This document shows positions 16,274 through 24,582 of a stretch of 32,000 nucleotides of DNA, piece after piece. This DNA is from Microcystis aeruginosa NIES-843 (lineage in GTDB: Bacteria; Cyanobacteriota; Cyanobacteriia; Cyanobacteriales; Microcystaceae). Under the pieces are notes generated by a model. The model was given only the letters and a program-made list of their open reading frames with translations. It made no database searches and was not told where the DNA came from. The position numbers and the translations under genes are program-made. Position 1 is the stretch's first letter. Every line of letters starts with the position of its first letter. The stretch is taken from positions 1,530,001 to 1,562,000 of the forward strand of contig NC_010296.1 of assembly GCF_000010625.1 (NCBI RefSeq). The letters run 5' to 3'.

Positions 16274-18673
16274 ATGACCAATTCTCCCAACATTAAAACG
16301 GTTATTAGTCAAGAACCCTACATTATTCTTAACAATCAGGGAGAATTTCTCCCTTCTATTAATCTGAGTCGTCCTAATTATAAATTGGGGCGGGATGGTC
16401 AACAGGTGGATTTAGTTGTTCCCCAACACTGGACGGTGGTGAGTCGAGTACAAGCTTGTTTTCGTCGTCAGGGAGATGATTACTATATCTACGATGGAGA
16501 CGGGACTAATCCTAGTTCCAATCAACTTTTTATCAATAATCGCGTGATTACTCCCAAAGATGGCTATCTTTTACAAAATGGGGATGAGATTCATATCGGT
16601 CAAGATGTCAAAAATTCGGTCAAGATCACCTATTATCATCCTAACCAACCAGTAAAAAGCCCACCTTTAGCTTTTAAATCGGTTTCCCTAGGCAATCGCA
16701 GTGTAGTTTTAGGACGAGATAATGCTGCTACTGTGGTTTTAGACGCGCCGACAATTTCCCGACAACACGCGATTATCGATAGCGATAACCAGAATCGTTA
16801 TATTCTCTACGACAAAAGCACCAATGGAGTCTTTATCGACGGAGAAAAAGTATCGGGTAGTGCCATTTTAACCAATGGTTGTACGGTGAGAATCGGACCC
16901 TATAGTTTTCGGTTGCAGGGAGATGACTTAGTTTTATTAGATACGGGGGATAATATCCGTCTGGATGCCGAAGATATCGTCAGGATGGTGCGGGATAAAA
17001 AGAAACGACCGTTGATAATTCTCAATCATATCTCCTTACCGATCGAACCGAGTCAATTAGTGGCGATTGTCGGGGGAAGTGGTGCGGGAAAATCGACTTT
17101 CTTAAAGACTTTATTAGGAATTGAACCCACCACCTCGGGAACTGTTTATCTGAATGGGGAAGAGCTGCGCCAGAACTTTAATATCTATCGCACCCAAATC
17201 GGTTATGTTCCCCAATACGATATCGTTCACAGGGATTTAACCGTGGGAGAAGTGTTATATTATGCTTCTAAATTAAGGCTACCTCCGGATCTTAATTGCC
17301 AAGAAGTGATCGAGAAAACCCTACAGCAGGTGGAATTATTAGAAAGAAGAAATACTTTAGTCAGAGACTTAAGCGGTGGTCAGTTAAAAAGGGTGAGTAT
17401 TGCGGTAGAATTATTAGCCAATCCCAAATTATTCTTTTTAGATGAACCCACCTCGGGATTAGACCCCGGTTTAGATAAAAAGATGATGGAATTGCTGGCA
17501 AAATTGGCCAAAGAAGGCAGAACAATTCTCCTAGTTACCCATGCTACTAATAATATCAATCTCTGCGATCGATTAGTTTTTCTTGGTCAAGGGGGCAATT
17601 TATGTTATTTTGGTTCTCCGGGGGAGGCCTTAAATTTTTTCTCTTTACCTCAGGGGGATTTTGCCGATATTTATATTCATCTGGAAACTAGCGAAAAAGT
17701 TGAGCAAGAATGTCAACGTTTCCAACAATCCGACTACTACAAAAATAATATTGAAGCAAGAATCGGTAAAATATTTCAGCAAAATCATAGTAAACCGCAA
17801 CAGGTTCAACAATCTTTTTGGTCGCAACTACAGGTTTTATGTCAACGCTATAGCCAGTTAATTATCCGTGATCAATTTAGTTTAATTTTATACCTATTAA
17901 CCGCCCCGATTGGAATTTTCTTAATGGCCGTGGTTTCAGGGGACAAAAATCCTTTATTTTTGGGGGATAATCCCAGGTTTGAAGATGCTATCCAATCCGC
18001 ACCTTTAGCCTTAAAAACTCTCTTTGTTTTTACCTGCGCGCAACTGTGGGTAGGTTTTGCCTGTTCCCTACAGGAAATTGTCAAAGAATCAGCAATTTAT
18101 CAGCGAGAAAGATTAGTTAATCTGGGATTATTACCCTATTTATTCTCAAAAATTCTGGTTTTAGCAGCCTTAGCTTTTCTGCAAACAATTGTAATTATCT
18201 GCGTGATATTTTGGCGATTTACTGACCAACAACCGGAATTAATGACCTGGTTAATTGGCTTTTTTATTACCACATTTTTAACTATATTTGCGGCGATTAA
18301 TCTCGGTTTATTAATTTCTGCTGGGGTTAATAACATCACCCAAGCAAATAGCGCCTTACCTTTAATTTTAATCCCTCAGATTATCTTTGCTGGGGTATTA
18401 TTTAACTTAGAAGGTCTGGGAAAATATCTATCATGGTTGATGATTAGTCGCTGGTCGATTGGTGCCTATGGGGTATTAGTAGAGGTGGAAGCTATGATTG
18501 CAGAAGCGAAAGAACAAAATACTTTTAAGCTCCCTTTACCCTTTGAGGATACCAATCAAGTTTATCAATTATCTATCAATAATTTGTTATTGAATTGGGG
18601 AGTATTAATTCTTCATTCCCTTATTTATTTTCTCCTTACCTATTGGTTGCAAAAAAGAAAAGATATTTTATGA
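16274..18673 (+). CDS. ABC transporter: two N-terminal FHA domains, an ATP-binding domain and an ABC-2/ABCG-type permease in one polypeptide
   Basis: Two FHA-like segments (YKLGRDG...; VVLGRDNAATVVLDAPTISRQHAII...STNGVFIDGEKV). Walker A GGSGAGKST, signature LSGGQLKRVSIA, Walker B LFFLDEPTSGLD, and a C-terminal multi-TM region. Confidence 0.9.
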   Translation: MTNSPNIKTVISQEPYIILNNQGEFLPSINLSRPNYKLGRDGQQVDLVVPQHWTVVSRVQACFRRQGDDYYIYDGDGTNPSSNQLFINNRVITPKDGYLLQNGDEIHIGQDVKNSVKITYYHPNQPVKSPPLAFKSVSLGNRSVVLGRDNAATVVLDAPTISRQHAIIDSDNQNRYILYDKSTNGVFIDGEKVSGSAILTNGCTVRIGPYSFRLQGDDLVLLDTGDNIRLDAEDIVRMVRDKKKRPLIILNHISLPIEPSQLVAIVGGSGAGKSTFLKTLLGIEPTTSGTVYLNGEELRQNFNIYRTQIGYVPQYDIVHRDLTVGEVLYYASKLRLPPDLNCQEVIEKTLQQVELLERRNTLVRDLSGGQLKRVSIAVELLANPKLFFLDEPTSGLDPGLDKKMMELLAKLAKEGRTILLVTHATNNINLCDRLVFLGQGGNLCYFGSPGEALNFFSLPQGDFADIYIHLETSEKVEQECQRFQQSDYYKNNIEARIGKIFQQNHSKPQQVQQSFWSQLQVLCQRYSQLIIRDQFSLILYLLTAPIGIFLMAVVSGDKNPLFLGDNPRFEDAIQSAPLALKTLFVFTCAQLWVGFACSLQEIVKESAIYQRERLVNLGLLPYLFSKILVLAALAFLQTIVIICVIFWRFTDQQPELMTWLIGFFITTFLTIFAAINLGLLISAGVNNITQANSALPLILIPQIIFAGVLFNLEGLGKYLSWLMISRWSIGAYGVLVEVEAMIAEAKEQNTFKLPLPFEDTNQVYQLSINNLLLNWGVLILHSLIYFLLTYWLQKRKDIL

Positions 18674-18683
18674 TCTAAATTAT

Positions 18684-18774
18684 AACTGAAACCTGAAAAC
18701 TGAAAACTGAAAACTGAAAACTGATAACTGATAACTGATCACTGATCACTGATCACTGATAACTGATAACTGAC
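18684..18774. repeat. STRR-type tandem heptamer array (13 units, 91 bp) between convergent genes
   Basis: Four AACTGAA units plus one ACCTGAA variant as the second unit, then (AACTGAT)x3, (CACTGAT)x3, AACTGAT, AACTGAC. Confidence 0.9.
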
Positions 18775-18786
18775 TCCTAACCCTAC

Positions 18787-19449
18787 TTAATTTAACTTCA
18801 GATCAAGAGCGAGCGGACATTCCACTTTCGTTCCCCCTAAACCACAGTAACCGCCGGGGTTTTTCGCTAAATACTGCTGATGATAAACTTCAGCATAATA
18901 AAATTCAGGTGCGTCGAGAATTTCCGTGGTAATCTGACCGTAGTTCGCTTTATTGAGAGCTTCTTGGTAGATCGATCGGGATTTTTCCGCTAATTGCTTT
19001 TGCTGGGGACTATAGGTATAGATACCCGATCGATACTGAGTCCCCGTATCATTACCCTGACGCATTCCTTGGGTGGGATTATGACTTTCCCAGAAAACCT
19101 TTAACAGTTGTTCGTAGGAAATCACACTGGGATCATAGACCACTAAGACCACTTCATTATGCCCAGTCATGCCGGTACAGACTTCCTGATAGGTGGGATT
19201 GGGGGTGATACCAGCCGCATAACCTACGGCCGTGGTGTAAACTCCTTCTAATTGCCAAAATTTCCGCTCTGCTCCCCAAAAACAGCCTAAACCAAACATT
19301 GCGCTTTCCATACCGCCTGGAAAGGGGGGCTGCAAAGGATGACCGTTAACGTAGTGGGTGCTAGGTACGGGCATTTTTTCCGATCGCCCGGGTAGTGCTT
19401 CCCTTGCTGTGGGCAAAGTTAATTTTTTTCCGAATCCGAATAACACCAT
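18787..19449 (-). CDS. msrA: Peptide-methionine (S)-S-oxide reductase
   Basis: [13 protein letters not shown] active-site motif, with the conserved YHQQYL and C-terminal Cys region. Confidence 0.93.
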   Translation of the reverse strand: MVLFGFGKKLTLPTAREALPGRSEKMPVPSTHYVNGHPLQPPFPGGMESAMFGLGCFWGAERKFWQLEGVYTTAVGYAAGITPNPTYQEVCTGMTGHNEVVLVVYDPSVISYEQLLKVFWESHNPTQGMRQGNDTGTQYRSGIYTYSPQQKQLAEKSRSIYQEALNKANYGQITTEILDAPEFYYAEVYHQQYLAKNPGGYCGLGGTKVECPLALDLKLN

Positions 19450-19722
19450 AATAAGAATTTGTCCAGAAAGTTTTACCTTACTTTACATTGTCGCTTAATT
19501 TTAGGGATTTCAGTGATCGGTGATCAGAACCGAGGCTGCAGCTCAATTTTTGTCAATCTACTGAGTTGGGATTTTGAAAGGGAAACTCTCCGCTAAAACT
19601 GGGCGTTATTTCCGATTTTATCACTCAATCCCAATCTTTAGGGGGTTCTACTCCCCAAACCCCGGAGCGCATTAGTTTTTCGGTGGGATGCTTACAGGCA
19701 TCTGTTCATACACTTGTACCAG

Positions 19723-19844
19723 TTTAGGCGTTGCTGAATCAAGGTATGAATGCCAACTTTGCATCAGATGCAAAAGTTAGTTTGGCTCTAGGTTTTAAAA
19801 ATACCAGAAAAGAAGATTCATATCTCAAATCAGCAACGCCTAAA
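19723..19844. mobile_element. MITE-like element (122 bp) with 29-bp imperfect terminal inverted repeats
   Basis: tttaggcgttgctgaatcaaggtatgaat (19723-19751) versus attcatatctcaaatcagcaacgcctaaa (19816-19844), which are reverse complements with 4 mismatches. There is an internal palindrome aactttgcatc/gatgcaaaagtt. Confidence 0.6.
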
Positions 19845-19883
19845 TCCGACATTCCGCACATCTTCATATACTTTTATGTATTT

Positions 19884-19978
19884 TTATAGCAGTTTTCATC
19901 AGAATGAGGTATGGGCAAGGGGCTTAAGCCCTTTGTTGGCAAAACTTGTCGATACCTCAGTAAAGTGAAAAGTGCTAT
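19884..19978. mobile_element. 95-bp MITE, copy A
   Basis: 89/95 identical by hand alignment to the reverse complement of 24258-24352. Own TIRs are tatagcaSttttca, with a central palindrome aaggggcttaagccctt. Confidence 0.8.
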
Positions 19979-20469
19979 ACATTCCCCAAGATGTTTTGAC
20001 AAAAAACCTTCATTGTAGAAACTACTATTGAGAACATTTTCAATAATTGATTTTTTCTGACAAAAAAATTTACAATTCTTCACCTTGATAAAAATCCATC
20101 ATTGTAGCTATAATCCTTACTGGTAAGGGGTGGTCAGCAATATATTAGTAAAAATTATCAATTGAATGTTAAGAAGTGCGGAAAGTGGGTATATAGAGGT
20201 TCTCACACCTGTGTGGCACACTTAAACCTTTACTAATTAAGCTTTTCAACATTAATAATGTACCTCGTGCGAACAGGAAACGCTATAGTCCGATATTTAA
20301 ATCCGATGTTAAGATTTATTTCCTCAAAAATTTATTTCCGCAAAGACCATCTATGCTACTACCTAGAGATGACTTTTATGGATCTAGGCGATCGCTAGTG
20401 CCAGTCTCATAAGTCTTGAGCAATTAAATTAAATGTAAATGCAAACAAATAGTTGATGGAAAGGATGTT

Positions 20470-23400
20470 ATGACTAATCTTCTTCAGACCACTCTCAACA
20501 AGACCTATAACCAACTGAAAAACTTTGCTGGTTTAAATGACTTCTGGAATTTGTTTGAAATAGCATTTGGTACACAATATGACCATACAGTAGCCACAAA
20601 TCTCCGTTCTCAATGGCTTGTAGGTGATTTTAGTTCATTTCCACAAATTGAAATCCTTGATAGTAGCATTCTTGGTAATGCTAGTGGTGCTTATGGGACT
20701 AGCACGAATAAGATTTATCTCGCTGCTAATTTTCTTGATACAGCTACGGAGACAGACATTATTGCGGTTTTGTTAGAAGAATACGGGCATTTTATTGATG
20801 CTCATATTAATCAGACGGATAGCGCTGGTGATGAGGGAGACATTTTTTCTAACTTAGTGCGTGGTAATAGTCTCAGTGCTGGGACATTACAGGCTTTGAA
20901 AGGTGAGAATGATCATGCGACGATTACATTAGATGGCCAGAGTATTGAGATAGAACAAGGTGTGATACAACTTCCTGACTTGACAGCTGGTTCTCCGGCT
21001 CTATTAACGTGGGCTGATAACTTAAATCGCTATCAGTATGAAAATGTACGCACAATAGGTGGCGGATACAGAGCAAGATTTAAGAACACATTCCTACCTG
21101 GACCTATTCTAAATCCATTTCCCAACCCTATTCCTGCTGGTATTCCTCCTCTTTCTACAGTGGCTACTACCATCAATGAACTTCCCTCCACAGAAAAGGG
21201 ATTGCTTATCCATACTGCTGGAACTGATCATGTATTTGGGAGTTCTTCTCCATGGACTCCATGGTCTCCAACTACAGGTTTTTCTAACATCACGAATGCA
21301 ACTAACTTCATACAAACTATTGCGTTATCGCCTACGGGAAATACCCGCCATATCTTTGCAGAAGATACTTACAATAGCACAGTTGGTACACCAATTAATG
21401 TAGGTATATTGAGATATACAGGTGTTGGTGGGGTCAAAGTCACCCTAGATTGGACAGGTCCTGCCAGCAATAATCTAGATGTGTACTTGACGAACACTCT
21501 GGGCGGTTCTCCATCGTATACGCCGTCATTTATAGGAACTGAGACAACTGTTACTAATGACAACATCGAACAGATTTTCTCAACTACGATCCCTGCGGGT
21601 AACTACTATATTTATGTTACCAAAAATAGTACGGTAACTACTCCCTTCATTCAAGATTTCTCAATCTTTGCCACTGCTAATAATCCAGTAAATCAAGGTC
21701 ACGGTTGGGGAGATGTGCATCTCGTAAATTTTGATGGAAAACCCTATGATTTTCAAGCAGTTGGGGAGTTTATTCTTGTCAAATCTCTGATAGATGATTT
21801 TCAAGTGCAAACCCGTCAAAAACCTTGGGGAGCAAGTACAACTGTTTCTGTCAACACAGCTTTTGCCACAACGATAGATGGTTACAATGTTGTTTATGAC
21901 TCAGAGCTTGCAGTTGGTCAAGAACTCAAAATTGACGGAGTGACCTATAATTTAGCAAGTGGTCAAAGTGTATTTCTGAGTAGTAGCAAAATCCAGCGTT
22001 CAGGTAATCAGTACACCTTCACCTATGCTGGACTAGACGGTGATTTATCCACAGCCGATGATAACGATGTCATCATCGCCTCGGACAATGGAAGCTACAT
22101 TGATGTTTATGTCGATCCCGCTGACTATCGTTTTGGGGTACTTCAAGGGCTTTTAGGTAATGGTGATGGGGTTAGTACCAATGATTTTGCTCTACGCGAT
22201 GGCACGGACTTGGGACCTAATCCCTCTGTTCAAACAATACATACAACTTATGCAGATAGTTGGCGGATTACTCAGCAAGAATCCCTTTTCGGGACACCGA
22301 CATTTGCTAATAAAAGTTTTCCCGCTAATTATGTCTCCTTAGAAACTTTAGCGCAACAAAATCCCCAAGGAGTAGCAAACGCTTTCGCAAAGGGACGGGA
22401 ATTTGGTATTGCTGAAGGTGCTTTTTTAAATGGTGGGGTTTTCGATTTTGTGGTGACGGGGGATGAAGGTTTTCTTAAAGGAGCGAAGCTGGCGGCAAAC
22501 TTAGCGCTTAAAAATGGAGACATTCAAATTCCACTTGGAAGCATCCAAGGCAGTAAATGGAACGATGCTAATGCTAATGGTATCTGGGACACAGGTGAAA
22601 AAGCCCTAGCCGGTTGGACAATTTACATTGATAGCGTTGCCAATGGAAAATTAGATCCTTGGGAACTCTCCACAGTCACTAACGCTGATGGTCAATATAC
22701 CTTCAGCAACTTAGGACCAGGAGAATATGCCATCCGAGAAGTGAATCAAACAGGTTGGATACAAACCTTCCCCACCACTCCCTATGCTCTAAACTTGAAA
22801 GCAGGGGAAAAATTGACTGGCATTAATTTTGGCAACTACTTTCAGTTACCCACGATTAATCTTAGTCCCAGCAATCAGACTGTTGTTGAAGGTTTAACCA
22901 CTCCTCAAAACGCCTCCTACACCGTCACTCTTTCCCAGGCAAGCAACCAAACCGTCAGCGTTAACTATGCAACTTCTAACGGTACAGCAACCGCGGGAGC
23001 GGATTACACCGCCACCACTGGAACTCTAACCTTTGCCCCTGGTGTTACTACTCAAGTCATCAACATTCCCATTCTCAATGATTCCCTTAATGAGGCAGAT
23101 GAGACCTTTACTTTAGCTTTGTCTTCTCCTACTAATGCTGTTCTTGGTGCGGTGACGATAGCTACCACGACTATAACCGATACTATCACGGCCGCTGTCA
23201 CCACGACTTTAGCGGCAAATGTGGAAAACCTGACACTGACGGGAGCAGCCGCCATTAACGGTACTGGTAACGCAGGTAATAACGTGATCACGGGCAACAC
23301 GGCCAATAACCTTCTCAACGGTGGTGGGGGCAATGATACCCTTAATGGTGGTGCTGGTATTGATACCTTGACGGGGGGAACAGGAAACGATATCTTCCTC

Positions 23401-23793
23401 TTCCAATTTTCCCAATCTACTGTCGCTAACCCTGACCGGATCACTGATTTTGCGATCAACTCCGACAAAATTGATTTGCTCAGTGCCGCGGGAGGTGTGC
23501 TGCCTGCCCCCGCTGCCTTTAGTCGTGCTGCCAATTCTGCCGCTGCCACTTTAACCAATGTCGTGAATGCTGTTTTTACCGATGCCAATGGTGCCTTAGC
23601 CGGAAACCAAGCACTTGGTATTAATGGCGCAGCCCTGGTCCAAGTAACCACTGCTGGGATAGCCGGAACCTATATTATTGTCAATGATAATGTTGCTGGT
23701 TTCCAAAGTGCCAATGACTTACTGGTTAACGTTACAGGCATTACCGGCACATTACCCACTGGCAATATCCCTGTTTCCAACTTCTTTGTTTAG
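20470..23793 (+). CDS. Large secreted multidomain protein (VWD domain, SdrD-B/Cna-B-like fold, Calx-beta, RTX nonapeptide repeats, cyanobacterial C-terminal tail); probable type I secretion substrate
   Basis: GWGDVHLVNFDGKPYDFQAVGEFILV (VWD). GSKWNDANANGIWDTGEKALAGWTIYID...DGQYTFSNLGPGEY (SdrD B-like). VNYATSNGTATAGADYTATTGTLTFAPG...NEADETF (Calx-beta). GNNVITGNTANNLLNGGGGNDTLNGGAGIDTLTGGTGND (RTX). No N-terminal signal peptide. Confidence 0.85.
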   Translation: MTNLLQTTLNKTYNQLKNFAGLNDFWNLFEIAFGTQYDHTVATNLRSQWLVGDFSSFPQIEILDSSILGNASGAYGTSTNKIYLAANFLDTATETDIIAVLLEEYGHFIDAHINQTDSAGDEGDIFSNLVRGNSLSAGTLQALKGENDHATITLDGQSIEIEQGVIQLPDLTAGSPALLTWADNLNRYQYENVRTIGGGYRARFKNTFLPGPILNPFPNPIPAGIPPLSTVATTINELPSTEKGLLIHTAGTDHVFGSSSPWTPWSPTTGFSNITNATNFIQTIALSPTGNTRHIFAEDTYNSTVGTPINVGILRYTGVGGVKVTLDWTGPASNNLDVYLTNTLGGSPSYTPSFIGTETTVTNDNIEQIFSTTIPAGNYYIYVTKNSTVTTPFIQDFSIFATANNPVNQGHGWGDVHLVNFDGKPYDFQAVGEFILVKSLIDDFQVQTRQKPWGASTTVSVNTAFATTIDGYNVVYDSELAVGQELKIDGVTYNLASGQSVFLSSSKIQRSGNQYTFTYAGLDGDLSTADDNDVIIASDNGSYIDVYVDPADYRFGVLQGLLGNGDGVSTNDFALRDGTDLGPNPSVQTIHTTYADSWRITQQESLFGTPTFANKSFPANYVSLETLAQQNPQGVANAFAKGREFGIAEGAFLNGGVFDFVVTGDEGFLKGAKLAANLALKNGDIQIPLGSIQGSKWNDANANGIWDTGEKALAGWTIYIDSVANGKLDPWELSTVTNADGQYTFSNLGPGEYAIREVNQTGWIQTFPTTPYALNLKAGEKLTGINFGNYFQLPTINLSPSNQTVVEGLTTPQNASYTVTLSQASNQTVSVNYATSNGTATAGADYTATTGTLTFAPGVTTQVINIPILNDSLNEADETFTLALSSPTNAVLGAVTIATTTITDTITAAVTTTLAANVENLTLTGAAAINGTGNAGNNVITGNTANNLLNGGGGNDTLNGGAGIDTLTGGTGNDIFLFQFSQSTVANPDRITDFAINSDKIDLLSAAGGVLPAPAAFSRAANSAAATLTNVVNAVFTDANGALAGNQALGINGAALVQVTTAGIAGTYIIVNDNVAGFQSANDLLVNVTGITGTLPTGNIPVSNFFV

Positions 23794-23961
23794 TGGATTC
23801 CTGATGGGGTGACAAGAATATTCTCAAGCCGGCGTGTTAGGGGTCGGGAATGGAGTCGCCTCCATCCCCCCCCTTCAGAACCGTGCATGAGACTTTCACC
23901 TCACACGGCTCCTAGTTTGATTGTTCCATTCTTAGGGATACAACTTCTCTTAGGCGCTTGG

Positions 23962-23990
23962 TTGACATACTCCCACCGTCAAGCTACGCT
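23962..23990. repeat. 29-bp repeat, partner of 26689-26717 in inverted orientation
   Basis: The reverse complement of ttgacatactcccaccgtcaagctacgct equals agcgtagcttgacggtgggagtatgtcaa. This is 28/29 identical to 26689-26717. Confidence 0.8.
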
Positions 23991-24086
23991 GTGACGGGGA
24001 ATTCTTGACCTATCACTATCGGAAATTCCTTGTTCAACGAGACAGCTTAGATTCTCAATGTCTCCACTGAAAACCCAGAGGCCGGA

Positions 24087-24186
24087 CTCTCCCCCCCCCC
24101 CTTGCCCCCCCGACCCCCCCGATGTCGGGGGGGGCAGGGGGGGTGGGAGATGCGAGTAGGATGCCTGCCACGAATAAAGAAAAATG
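24087..24186. repeat. Copy 2 (inverted) of the C-run/G-run palindromic repeat
   Basis: ctctccccccccccccttgcccccccgacccccccgatgtcggggggggcagggggggtgggag...atgcctgccacgaataaagaaaaatg. Related to 10982-11074. Confidence 0.7.
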
Positions 24187-24257
24187 CTATCAGCCAATTA
24201 CTTTGAGAGTTAAGCAGTAAGCGTTGGGGTTGTTGGGTTTCGCTTTTTCAATCGAAT

Positions 24258-24352
24258 TATAGCACTTTTCACGTTAGTGAGGTGTCGACAAGTTTTGCAA
24301 ACAAAGGGTTTAAGCTCCTTGCCCATACCTCATTCTGATGAAAACTGCTATA
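24258..24352. mobile_element. 95-bp MITE, copy B, inserted into or truncating a DUF3883-type gene
   Basis: 89/95 identical to the reverse complement of 19884-19978. It supplies the artificial N-terminus (MRCRQVLQTKGLSSLPIPHSDENCY) of ORF 24277-24582. Confidence 0.8.
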
Positions 24353-24582
24353 GATGTAATTGGGCTAACCTACTTCCCAATTGTGTTAGCATCAGAGATA
24401 AGTATAAAACAGCCGAACGATTAAAGCGGGACTATTGGCTCTATATGGTGTTTAACTGTGGGACAATGTCGGAAGTTTATGTCATTCGAGATGCGGTTAC
24501 GCTAGGACGGCAACCTGTTACAAGCATTGAACATTATCAGCTTGGACTAGAGGCAATTCTCCAGCAGGATGAACGGGAATGA
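24353..24582 (+). pseudogene. C-terminal remnant of a DUF3883-type (restriction-endonuclease-like tail of helicase-family defence proteins) gene
   Basis: ...SIRDKYKTAERLKRDYWLYMVFNCGTMSEVYVIRD resembles the DUF3883 C-terminal signature (..A..LgdrYWLYVV.n....p.l..i.dP). Everything upstream is replaced by the MITE. The stop overlaps the next gene's ATG (ATGA at 24579-24582). Confidence 0.45.

Noticed and set aside
18684-18774. Possible CRISPR array
   Set aside because: The units are 7 bp, contiguous and without spacers. This is an STRR-type microsatellite, not a repeat-spacer array, and there are no cas genes.
19874-20083. 69-aa ORF, and the first ~25 codons of ORF 24277-24582, as real coding sequence
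   Set aside because: Both peptide segments (…QVLPTKGLSPLPIPHSDENCY…) are read out of the two copies of the 95-bp MITE. Only the part of 24277-24582 downstream of 24352 looks like genuine, remnant coding sequence.
23052-23651. 199-aa antisense ORF inside the RTX-repeat region, plus other antisense ORFs at 21109-21566 and 22329-22523
   Set aside because: It lies opposite a strongly supported multidomain gene. It is an Ala/Pro/Val-rich artefact of the repetitive GGxGxD-coding sequence.
23809-23994. 61-aa ORF (…PPSEPCMRLSPHTAPS…) as a gene
   Set aside because: It lies in repeat debris between the RTX gene and the MITE and ends in the 29-bp repeat. It has no start context. It is probably a fragment of a repeated element that I cannot identify.
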